DNA of 64,000 nucleotides from Podarcis filfolensis (lineage: Eukaryota), in NCBI GenBank assembly GCA_964270895.1, contig OZ185448.1; one strand, 5' to 3'. The notes under the pieces are model-generated. The model made no database searches, was not told the DNA's origin, and worked only from the letters and a program-made list of their open reading frames with translations. Shown piece by piece: positions 41,226-57,000 of the stretch. The translations under genes and the position numbers were made by a program. Position 1 is the first letter of the stretch; each line of letters starts with the position of its first letter.

Positions 41226-44200
41226 ATGGGGCGGAAGCGGCAGCAGCAGCAACGGCGGCAGCGGCAGCCCCGGCAGGGACCCCCTCACGAGGCCTTCGCG
41301 GAGGCGGAGGATGAGGAAGGCCCCGGCGGCGACTCCGGCCCCATCTCGGGCGGGGACCCGCTCCGCGGCCACTCTTCCTCCTCCCCCGTGAAGGACGCGG
41401 CGGCGGGGTCGGCCGAGCCGGAGCCGGGTAGCGGCAGCGTCCGGGGATGCGGCCAAGTCCGGGCCTCGCCTTCTCCTCCGCTGGCCATGTGGGACTTGGG
41501 CCACTGCGACCCGCGGCGCTGCACGGGGCGGCGGCTGGCAAGGAAGGGGCTGGTGCGGACGCTGCGTCTGGGGCAGCGCTTCGGAGGCGTCATCCTCAGC
41601 CCCGCCGCCACCCGCTTCGTCTCCCCCGCAGACAGGTGAGCGGGGCCGGCGGAGCTAGGAAGGTGTTAGAAGAAAAAACTGCTCCCTTTTCCCTGATGGG
41701 GTATCCAAGAGCCCGTATAGAATCCTTATGTAGGTTCTCTATCGGTAGAAAATAACAGAGGCCAAGCAGAGAATATGGAGAAGCAAAGGAGCTAGTAAGC
41801 CGGATCTTTATTAAACTGTTGCAACAGGGTGCTCACTCACCACATGCAGGAAAGGAGGAGGACCCAGAACATTGGTGTGCAAGCAGTTATATAGACTTTT
41901 GAAATTGCCTACCCTGTAGCTCAAGATCACACCCCAAAACGTCATACATACATCACAGAAAGAGGTGATCCCCAGCAGAAATTTGTGTGTGTTGCTTCTC
42001 TCCTGTCAGCCAGGATACCTGATAATGCTTTATATGATTGCCTTTTCTGGGTAGCCTGGCCATTCCTTTGAGATGGTAAATACTCAGTTCCTGAATCTCT
42101 TACACATATTGATAGTTCCAGTTACAGATAGGTAGCCGTGTTGGTCTGCCATAGTCAAAACAAAAATTTTTTTTTTCTTCCAGTAGCACCTTAAAGACCA
42201 ACTAAGTTAGTTCTTGGTATGAGCTTTCGTGTGCATGCACACTTCTTCAGATACACTGAAACAGAAGTTGCCAGATCCTTCTATATAGTGAGAAGGTGGG
42301 GAGGGGTATTACTCAGAAGGGTGGTGGGAATGGGTGATTGGCAGATAGCTGTGATGAGCCTGTTGACGACTCTTAACGACTGCAATAGGTCTTACAGGAA
42401 AAAGCAAGGGGTGAGAAGGTGAAAAATGGCTTTGTCATGTATAATGAGATAAGAATCCAATGTCTTTGTTCAGACCAGGTCTCTCCATGGTATTAAGTTT
42501 GGTAATGAGTTGCAATTGATATTAAGTTTGGTAATGAGTTGCAATTGATATTAAGTTTGGTAATGAGTTGCAATTGATATTAACATATTGATAGTGTTAA
42601 AAGAAAATATGGAACATGTATTAATATCAATAAAGGTCAAGCCCTTACGTCCTTTTTAGATACTTGCCAGACTGTATTTATAGGCATCTAGAGGAAAGGG
42701 GAAGCCAGCAAAGACAGGAGGAGGGTTTCTGCCCGGTGGAGGGGAAAAGGCAGGACCTTTAATCATGCTATACCTCAGAGCCACTCAACGGTAACGTTGG
42801 CAAACACAAGAAAGCAGCTCTTTACACAGCTGGTAATAAACTCTGGAATTTGCTCACTGAGAGGCAGTGATAGCCATCAACTTGAATGATTTTCACTGAG
42901 GATTAGACAGATTCATGACAAGCCTATCAGTGGCTTCTAGCCATAATTGTTTTGTTCTGTCTCCATTGCTGCCTCTGAATGAGTGCTGTTGTGTTCATGC
43001 CCTGCCTGCAAGCTTCCTTGAGGCATCTGTAAGAACAGGCTGGTCCAGCTACAGGGCTGCTTTCTTCTTAGTGCTCATGTGTAGCCTGTAAGACTGATAC
43101 TTCAGGGTTGAGGTGCGTTCCCAGCCAGTGTTCTTTTTGGGCTTTGTTCAAGTGGATGCTTCCACTAGCTAGTGAGCTGATGAAACTTCACAGCTCACTA
43201 GCTAGAGGATCGATGTAATGTTGCTGAGTCCTTGGTCATTCAGATTTGGCCACATCCAGTGTCTTCGCATGAGAAGTCTGGCTTGGTGGTCTTGAGCAAC
43301 TCACATCTGCTATCCTAACTGGATCCCAAAGCAGCTCCAGTGGGGCGAGAAACCAGCAACATCCTGGTTTGAAATTGCTGTTGCTGTGTTTTTAGACAGA
43401 TTGTGGCTCAGAATGGAATTGCGGTGATTGACTGCTCGTGGGCAAAGCTGGATGAGACGCCGTTTGCCAAGATGAAGGGAAGCCATCTCCGCCTGCTGCC
43501 CTTTCTGGTGGCTGCAAATCCAGTGAACTACGGCCGGCCATGCAAACTCTCCTGTGTGGAAGCATTTGCAGCTACTTTCTACATTGTGGGTGAGGCTGGA
43601 AAAAAAGCTTGTAGGTCTAATTCTTTGCTGTAAAGTGGACTGTATGAATACATGCCTGTCTGTGTGCAGCCACGCCTTAGTGTCAAACATATTTCCTTGA
43701 TGACTGGGGCAAGTTTGAAAATGTTCTGGGGGTCTGTGGCATCTGCTGAGGAATCTGGGGTCTGTTCTCTCCACATTCCCTCCCTTCTTTTGAGCACCGC
43801 TAATAGGCTTACAGCAAGGTGTATGCGAATGTACACATTGCTCAATTACATTTTAAGAGGGACTTCTGTCATTATTTTGAGCTACCTGCCTCTGTCCCAA
43901 CTAACTGATTAATTGGAGAATGTGGCAAGATTTCTGAGTGACGCTATAAAATTGTCACCATAGGTCTTAACGTACCTCACAATGTCTGGACAGTTTTATC
44001 CTAAAGTACCTCTTAATATGTTTCATTAACTGTGTTGTATTTTGATCCATGTATACAATGCACTTTTTATGCCAATGAAGTAGATAGGTAGATATATAGA
44101 AACTTATTTATTTCAGAATGTCACCAGCAACTAGGAGGTATGGGGCTGGACAGCTTCTTTGCCTGCAAAGTACCTTGTAATTTTTTTTAAAATGCAGACT

Positions 44201-45984
44201 TTCCTGTCTTTATTTTAGGATTCTCTGATCTTGCCATAATCCTCTTACAAAAATTTAAATGGGGAAACGTGTTCCTTGATTTGAATAAAGACCTCCTGGA
44301 GAAATATGCAGCCTGTAATTGTGAAGAGGAAGTACTGAAAGTTGAACAAGAGTTTCTGGCTCATGCCCAAGAAAAAGAAAAAGAAGAAATAGGTAAGAAC
44401 CTACTGACTTTTACTTCTGAGGACCTTTGAGTCTTCTTAAACAATGCCTTGACATTGCCTTTGTCTCCCCTGCACCTCCATGGTCAGGAAATCAAGTGGT
44501 GCTCAGTCAGAAAGCTGCTCCATTCTTCTGGGATGAACATATGGGATCAGTCAGCCACATAACTTGGGTGCCCCGTAGGAGTGTGGGGAATCCCCAGCAT
44601 AGAACTATACTACATCACCAACAAAGTGTTCCACATAATCCCATACATTATAGAAGACAAGACAAAACAATGAGTACACCTGGAGAGAGACATAATTGAA
44701 AATACCTCCACCACAGCTTACTCATTCCTCCTCAAAAAACTAAGGAAAATCCCCCCAACACTAAACAGGTTCACACAGAACATGCTTAAAGCATGGAAGG
44801 AAGAAGCAGCTAAACTGTCCTCAACCCCATCTCCACTAATTCCCCTGGCACACCACCCACTATTCCACCACGCAGCACAAAACCTCTAGATAAAAACCTG
44901 GCAAGCCAAAGGCTTATACCACCTAGCAGACTTCTACAAAAATAACAAACTCATATCAACGCAAGAAATAAAAGACAAATTAGGGGACACCGAAATGCCC
45001 TGGGCTAACACACCACCAAGTACATGCCCTTTTAAACAATCCGGTAGTAAAATGAGCAGCAACTAGGCCCTTGACAACCTTCAAAACCTCCTCCTAACAA
45101 CAAAGGGCTGGTATCTACAATATACAAAATACTGCTCCAAAATCCCACAAACCCCCTCAACGTAATCAGAAAACAATGGTTCAATATTTGTTGTTGGAAA
45201 AGTGAAATACAAGTATTAAATCACCTCAACTCAACATTTAGAGCTTTGTTATGGCAACACTAACACCTTGAGTTAGGCCTAGTAGCTCATTGTCAGCCAG
45301 TGATACTGGTCTTCCTTGATGCAGTAATTATTGTCAATATAAAGTCTCTGCCCATCTCCCCTGCCCTCAATGACTACACCAGCTGGACTAACAAACCAAC
45401 CCCACACTCCTAAGTTACCTACCATCAACTGCCTGTGGCAATTATTATTGGCATTGTACTGGTAAATTATTGTATATTGATTTTACTTTTAAGTCATCTT
45501 GGAATGATTTGCATTCTGAAAGATGGGATGTAACTGCATACATATGGTTCTAGAGAAGAAGAAAAAACTTGGAATAGCTTACCATCCTGCTTTTTTCTCT
45601 CCACAGACCCCTTTGATATTGACTCTGGAAAAGAGTTTTTTAATCCCAACAGGCCTGCCAGAGCTTCAGGGTAAGATCTTCAGGTTTGCAATCCTAAACC
45701 CACCAGGGAACAAGTCCATTTAGTGGGGCTTACTTCTGAGTTGACATAGCAGTAGTGTCTCATTTTCCTTTTCCTTCTTGGTTTGTATTACACTGATCTC
45801 TGTTCATAGAATAACTGCTGGTGATGAAAGTTCCGATGAAGAAACATCTGAGGAGGAGGAGGATGATGATGATGATGATGATGGAAAGAGTAGCAGCTCA
45901 GAGGACCTGAATGCAACATGTGCTGCACACAGCAAGCCAGCTGTGTGGGGAAAAACTAAAAACAAACCAAGGTTCCAATCCTGA
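41226..45984 (+). CDS. TSR3: 18S rRNA aminocarboxypropyltransferase TSR3 (338 aa)
   Basis: Exons 41226-41635, 43396-43589, 44219-44392, 45607-45670, 45810-45984 (TGA); 1017 nt, phases close. Motifs [33 protein letters not shown] and [27 protein letters not shown] are typical of TSR3; acidic C-terminal tail. Confidence 0.95.
41664..42104 (-). mobile_element. Solo LTR-like element (boundaries uncertain)
   Basis: Minus strand begins TGTAAGA (42104), has TATATAA (41893-41887) then AATAAA (41812-41807), and ends ...CA at 41664 or 41694. No TSD resolved. Confidence 0.4.
42127..42520 (-). mobile_element. Penelope-like retroelement 3' end (GIY-YIG endonuclease C-terminus + terminal repeat)
   Basis: Minus translation [26 protein letters not shown] (stop at 42435-42437), followed by a typical PLE terminal sequence containing a hammerhead core. 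Confidence 0.85.
42217..42254 (-). ncRNA. Minimal type I hammerhead ribozyme motif (PLE-associated)
   Basis: GUAU-CUGAAGA-A-GUGUG(CAUG)CACAC-GAA-AGCU-C^AUAC: stem I GUAU/AUAC, stem II hairpin, palindromic loopless stem III, CUC cleavage triplet. Confidence 0.75.
42491..42583. repeat. 29-bp tandem repeat x3 at the Penelope 5' truncation
   Basis: TATTAAGTTTGGTAATGAGTTGCAATTGA repeated three times perfectly, plus a partial copy. Confidence 0.9.
42800..42965 (+). mobile_element. Degenerate CR1 LINE 3' fragment
   Basis: CTCTTTACACAGC...CTGGAAT...GATTAGACAGATTCATG resembles the end of squamate CR1 ORF2. Confidence 0.55.
44600..45180 (+). mobile_element. L1/Tx1-like ORF2 fragment in TSR3 intron 3
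   Basis: A/C-rich strand; disrupted translation NMLKAWKEE...[25 protein letters not shown] resembles the post-RT region of non-mammalian L1. Confidence 0.6.
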
Positions 45985-46062
45985 GCATTCTTACAAGAAA
46001 GTAAGTCCCATTGAACTCAGTGATGGGGTTTGCTTTTAAATAAAGCCTGTCTAGGATTGGGC
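45973..46062. mobile_element. Short palindromic squamate MITE overlapping the TSR3 stop
   Basis: Ends CCAATCCT / AGGATTGG; inner arms GTAAGTCCCATTGA / TGATGGGGTTTGC; related degenerate copy at ~45687-45755. Confidence 0.65.
46039..46044 (+). terminator. TSR3 proximal poly(A) signal AATAAA
   Basis: AATAAA 55 nt after the TSR3 stop codon. Confidence 0.55.
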
Positions 46063-47202
46063 TTGACTGCACTCTGCTCTGGTGACCCCAGTGGGTTAAG
46101 AATATATACAGAGTTGGTTGAGAACCTGCTTCTGTTGATAGCAGTCCCCACTTACTGCTAGCAAATGGGGCCTCACTGTCTCTCTTCTGCTGTAGTGGCC
46201 GTACACTGCAACTGTGGCACGCTTTTAAATCACAATTTCAACTAGTTTCTACTAGTAGAATATGTTGTGATGTTGGAAGGAAATAAACTGGGAGAGGTTC
46301 CCTGAAAGTAACGCCTCCACCTCTCAATTCGGTACCTCTCCTGATACCCGAGAGGCTGTGGCCTGGTGGCTGGGAATGCAGATGCTGAATGAGAAGCTCC
46401 AGCTGAGATGGGCAGGCACCCTGACCCTTCTTATACTGCTGGGGGTGAAGAACACAAGGGACTACCTTGCTGGAGCAAGGCTGGACTCCACACACACACC
46501 CCTCCAGTGCAGCTTTCAACAGTGGCTAATGAGCTGCCTCTGGGGGATCAGATGGTAGCAAAACAAAGGTGGCTGAAATTGTAGTGTTACAAAAGCACCC
46601 CCAGCCCATTGCAGCATTTAACCTGTGTCACTTGTGCCTTGATACAAAAAAAATTCCTCACTTTTCAGGCAAGAGGAAAGATGAAACTGCACTCTAAGTT
46701 TCCTTAGGTCACCAGTGGGGTGTGGGACAGTAGCCAGTGAGAATATCACCAGGATAATGAAGCTACTGGGTCTGACACATGCATTTTCAACCCTTCAGTC
46801 TCTATTGTCCAGCTAAAAGGATGCTTTGATGTGAAGGAAGGAAATCCTTATATGGCAGTGTTGAAAAGCATACCCCTGCCCCCAACATGTATATTCATGG
46901 GAGTGGAATAAACACTAATGTACCAAACTTTGGTTAGTTTGTCCTTTCATCCTATTAAGCCAAGCAGCCAAATGATGCGCTATTGTATGTTGGATGCTTG
47001 AATACAGCAGTATGGTCACATGGAACTAACTACCGGTGGCTTTTCAAGATCTCACACAGATCTTTTTTACCTCCTGCTGCCTGGAATGACCATGGCATGA
47101 TATCTCTCCCAAAGCTATTGAATGCCCGCAAGAGAGGTCACTCCAAAAGTGACAAGTATATTAAAAGAAGAAAGTGAGACAAAAAAGCTTTATAGAAACA
47201 AG

Positions 47203-47208
47203 TTTATT
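47203..47208 (-). terminator. UBE2I poly(A) signal (second candidate at 47318-47323)
   Basis: Plus-strand TTTATT ~560 nt beyond the UBE2I stop, in U-rich UTR-like sequence. Confidence 0.55.
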
Positions 47209-47769
47209 TACTCTAAACAGCAACACAGACAAAACGCCATAAACACAAAGGAAGTGATGCAGAATCAAGATGCTGGCTGACTTTGGATCTGGAGGCTTTT
47301 AAGCAACAACAACCTAATTTATTATTGGTAGAAATCAAAAAAGGGGGTGGAGGGCATGTTTTTCTTTTTCTTCTTACAGCCAAGTAGAGGCAAAATATAC
47401 TTCTAAACAGTTTAAAGCATGCCTGCATCAGAAAGCAAAGAAACTAGAGATACTAGTGAATTTATAGAAGTATAAAAGTTTATAGTTTTACAGCAGTTGA
47501 AATACTGACATCAATATTAAAATAAAAGCAAGTTTTACATAACAATCAAAAATACAAAAGACTGAAGGAAGAGACCCTGTATGAAAAAACGGGGGGCAAT
47601 TCAGCAAATTTAGAACTGTATACAAGTGGCGAATATGGAAAATGGCACACATACAATCCCCTCCCCTAAGTGACTATTAATTGTACATAGTGACAATAGA
47701 TTTGCAAAAGTTTTGTAAACAAGTTCTTGCCAATTAATCCCTTCCTTTAAGATGCTGGATGACAGGAGC

Positions 47770-52678
<4,909 letters not shown>

Positions 52679-52699
52679 TCAGGGCAGCTGAAGTTTTCC

Positions 52700-54000
52700 G
52701 CATCGCCGCCACCGAATGGGCCGCAAAAAACCGTCTTGGGGCGACTTTGCCACCGCAGCCCCGGAAACTGTCAGCCTTCCCGTCGAGGCGAGGCGGGGTG
52801 GGGGGGAAGAGAAAGAAGGATCCCAGGACCCTGAGCCTCCCGCCGCTCCCCGGGCGCTGCTGCTGCTTCCCGCAGGCCGCCGCCTCCTCCCTCCCCAAGT
52901 CCAACAACCGGGCGGGCGGGCGGGGGGAGGAGGTCGGAGGAGTACCGCGGCCTAGGAGTCCCGTGCGAGCCTTAAGAGCATCGCCGCCGCCGCAGGAAGG
53001 CCCGGCCCGGCCCCGGAGCAACCAGCCCCGCCTCGGCGGAACACGGCTATGGGCCCGACCCGGCCTTCTCCTCGCCCTGGAGGCGGAGCGCGAGCAGCCA
53101 GGCCTGACCTTGAGGGACCAGCGGGAGCCCCGGGAGGAGGCCGAGAAGGCGGCCGCTCCGCGGGCTGAGAGGCCTCCGCCGCGCGTTTCCCTCTCCGCCT
53201 CCGGGCTGCCTCTAGGCCCAGTCCGTCGCCGCCGCCTCCTCCGCTTCCCGCTCCTGCCCGCGGCCTCTTCCTAGGCGTCCTCCCGCCAAAGGCCTCACCG
53301 TGTAGCGGCCGCAGCAGCAGCTCCCGCGCGTGTCCCGGATTCAGGCGACGGCGGCGGCGGCGAATGACCCGGATGTTCCCTACTCGCCTCCCCCCCTTTT
53401 GTCTCAAGCCTGGACTTTCCCTCGCAGGAAGCGGAGCGCGTCGGCGCAGCCTGTCCCTCGGCGCGACCCGTCCGCCAAACGGCGCCTGCGCGGTGCGCGC
53501 GCACTTCAGCGCCACGGCCAGGCCGGGAAGCTCAGAGCGGGCCGACTCTGCGCGGGTAGAGAAGTAGGTTCCGCCCAGGGGCGGGGCAAATTCTCCGCCA
53601 ATCCACGGAGCTGGGCAACCGATGAGCCCACCTCTGGGGGTGGGGCTGGTTGCCATGATGACGGGAGTCGCTCTGAGAACCCGGATGGGGCTCGATTGCC
53701 CCTCCCCTCCCTCCCCATTGGAGCTTGGCTGGGAAGCTCCTCCCCCACAGCGGGCCACACGTGGAGAACACCGGGGCAATCCTGCCAGATGAGGGAGGAT
53801 AATAAAAAAATATGTAATAAATGTAGTAGTAGTAATGCTGCGAGGCCAAGATGCGACCCTCCCTGCGCGACCAGAGCTGAAAAACCGTCTTGGGTGGGTT
53901 GGCTGGAGCAGCAAGGTTGGAAGCCGTACTCCAGCTGCGCCCTGAAGAGGCTGGGACACCGCTCCGACACCGCCCAGCAAGCGCAGCCCGAGAAACCAAG
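52700..54000 (-). promoter_or_regulatory. CpG island promoter of UBE2I
   Basis: Dense CpGs around non-coding exon 1; GC box GGGGCGGGG near 53577-53585; CCAAT at 53598-53602. Confidence 0.85.
53299..53400 (-). other. UBE2I: UBE2I non-coding exon 1 (5' end approximate)
   Basis: Minus-strand donor ACG|GTGAGG at 53299/53298 inside a CpG island, preceded by a (GCC)n-rich leader resembling the mammalian UBE2I 5' UTR; exon 2 acceptor at 52655 (tandem CAG/AAG). Confidence 0.7.
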
Positions 54001-54033
54001 ACCCACAACGGCAGCTTTGTTAGAAAGGAGACG

Positions 54034-54039
54034 TTTATT
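54034..54039 (-). terminator. Poly(A) signal of an upstream minus-strand transcript
   Basis: Minus-strand AATAAA followed ~25-45 nt later by a GU-rich element (GCCGTTGTGGGTCTTGGTTTC). Confidence 0.5.
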
Positions 54040-57000
54040 TCATGCACTTTACAAGGAGCGAGTGTAACGAAACTTTTCTTTAAAACATCCACACATATCA
54101 GTAATATATTTGTTCCAGAAGTGACACAGCCACCTGAAAACGAACTGGAGATGTCTCGAAAGGGACTCCTCTAAGAAATATTTCATTTTGTTCTGCTCAC
54201 AGCCAGGCCAAAAGTACAGAGGTGGGGAAGGGTGCAATGCCAGGTGTCAAACTGCTGCAAAAAGTACTCTTCAAAGATAAAGAACTGGTGCAAAAAAGAA
54301 CTATTGCTAATCCACTGTCTGGAAGATAAGATTGTACCACATTTTTTTAAAAAAATAATAATTGATGTAATTGCTTCCCCCACCCTGGCAGAAAGCAAAC
54401 TGGTGGGTTGGAGGGGAGGCACAGGAAGAGCCTAATTTCAAACCAGCCTCTCCTCATCAATGTTTTAAATGTTTTAAATGTTTTAAACGGTCAACCTTTC
54501 CAGAGCACAGAGGAAGGCAGTGATGATCTCACCTCTCATGTTGGTTGGTCTACCTGGGAAGTTTTAATGTAGGAAGAACCCTCCTGGATCAGACCAAAAG
54601 GCAACCAAGTGCCCTTCCTGGGAAGCCCTCATACTGTTGTATTCAAAGGCACAGGAGTGCCTCTGCTCATGGATGCACTACACAGCCCCCCTGACTAGTA
54701 GTAGCAATAATTCTAGGTTTGTAGTTATGTTTTAAAAAGTAAAGCATGCATCAAGTATTCGGATTTGCTTCCTGTCCGGGTGCACAGAAAATCTAGTCCT
54801 TTGTAAGCACAGTGAAAACGCTGCCTTTGATAAACTTGGCCCCAAGCAATGACCTGTTTTCTACCCTATGGAAGGACAGAAAACACACTTTCCCACACAT
54901 GACATTTCAGTTTTGTAAACGATGGAGTGTTCACAAGCAAATGCATCTTCTTGATTACGGCCCCACTGAGATGCAAGCAAACTTTCATTAACTTGCATTC
55001 AAGTTCTGTGGAAAGGCCAGCCCTTGACATTCCTACTGCATGACAATTACAGCCAGGTAGCCCTTTCAGCCCTCGTTTTTGGAGCAAGTTGTCACAAAGC
55101 TTGAGGCACCCATGTTTCCCTAAGTAAATGCATTACCAAATCTTAAACGGCAGCTCTAAAGCAAGATTCAGAGATGGCCAAGATAGTGAAGGAGCACTGA
55201 ATAAGCAAAGAACCACTTCAAGGCTTGTTTCAAATCCATTTTCTGTTTGCAAGCAGGTAAAGTAGCCTAGGCTGTGAAAAATATCTTAGTTCAGCAACAG
55301 CACTAAAAATGGAATTTGAAGGAAGGTCCAAGAAGTAGACAATGACTAAACTTGGACTACAGCCTTTCAAAGGAACTCAATTTCTCCTTGAATTCAGGTG
55401 TTAACTCACATGCAGGAAACTACTGGTTTTAAGCCAGAGGGAGTCCATGCATCTCTTTCTAATGCCATACCAGTCCTACCCTCTGACGGTGACTGATTTT
55501 GGCTGTCTGCAAGGGAACCCCTACATACAAGTAGCAATTGCACAGAATCCCTGATGGTGTGGATGTCCTATGTGTGAGCATAGTTTGGCCCTAGTCCTAT
55601 ATCACTGTGCAAGATCATTTGCTCCAGAGACCAGCATACTATCAGAAAGAACCTTGAAATGAAACAGAGGCAACAGCTGCCACGCCTGGGGTAGGAGAGC
55701 ATGTGAATGTTTGGCAACACTCAACTTTGTTAAGTGGTAGCTCTGACAGTGAGAAAGGAGTGTTCTCCCTTCCACCCTCTACAAGGACACAGCAGGCCTC
55801 GGGTCGATCTCTCCTCTTGCGACAAAAGCAATTTTCTCTACTCATTCTACTCACCTTTTACTAAAATATGTGAGAGTCAGGGAATGGCAGCATCTGGGTG
55901 TCAGGCCATGGTTGTATGTGTGCCTCTAAACTTATCTTTCTTGCAGGGGAAAGTGTCTGAAATGGGGTATGTTTTTTCCAGACTAAATGACAGCTTATGG
56001 CAGCAAGGGATGGGACAGACAAGACAGAAAGTTGCATGGCTAAATGAGCACAGATGTAACTGAAGCATCTATTTCTTTTGTTGTCAGGCATCATTGCAGG
56101 GCCTCTTGCGCCTTGAGAATCAATGATCTCCTCGGGGGGGGGGGGGGGCTTCAAGCCCCTTGTTTACATGAGAAACTTCACATTTGCTCTCCCCACCCCC
56201 TTTTAAATAAATAATTGACATTTATTTTAAAAAACTGAGTAAAATGAAGGCAAAGCTGAGGCTAAACTACAGCTGAGCAGTGCAACAAAAGTTGTCTGTG
56301 TCCACTTTAGTATTTCAGTGGGAATGGGAAAGTTTGCCTTTTTAAGTTGCTGAAATCTGTCCAGTTCTCCAAGGGGGGGGTGTAATTTGCAGAATGCATA
56401 GAGACACTAACACACTGAAGTGAGGAAAGTGGCAAGTGGCTGAAAGGAGCACCTGTTCTCTCCCCTTAAAGAACGTGAGCAAAGAAGCAGAAAGCACCTG
56501 GGTAGCCCTTTACCTGCTGTCCTCTACACTTCATGGTATAGGGTTTTTGATACAATCTAAAATTTGTACCAAAGAAAGTGATATTCTGCAGTGCCAGTTT
56601 AAATACTTCCCCTAATTTTTAAAAGATACCTGGCTTCCAAGTTTCAGGAGCCTACAGACAAGTAACAAAGGGAAAAGGAGAGAATAAAAGGCCTGAGGTG
56701 GCAGTTCTGGGAGACAGAAGCAGAGCCACAAAGGATAGGAAAGCCTAGTCTGGCACCCACTTGCTTTCTGAGCTCTCCTCTCACTGCCTACATTACCCAT
56801 CACGAGAGCAAGAAACCTGTATTTTTTATTAAGCCAACAATGGAAGCTGAGGTTCTCAACATGCTAAGCTTTATACCACAGACCACATTCCACAATCATG
56901 AAGAATACAAAAAGATTCCACACTTGCAAGGTTAAATCCTAGGATGCAACTTAAATTTCATACTGTTCAACATGCTAAAACTTTTTCTGTGTTCAGTAAG

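Noticed and set aside
42491-42583. 29-bp direct repeats as a CRISPR-like array
   Set aside because: Contiguous tandem units with no spacers, in eukaryotic retroelement sequence.
46247-46260. 14-bp perfect palindrome TTCTACTAGTAGAA
   Set aside because: About one palindrome of this size is plausible by chance in 64 kb.
46050-47200. Possible BAIAP3 remnant between TSR3 and UBE2I
   Set aside because: No C2 or MUN-like peptide recognised in any frame.
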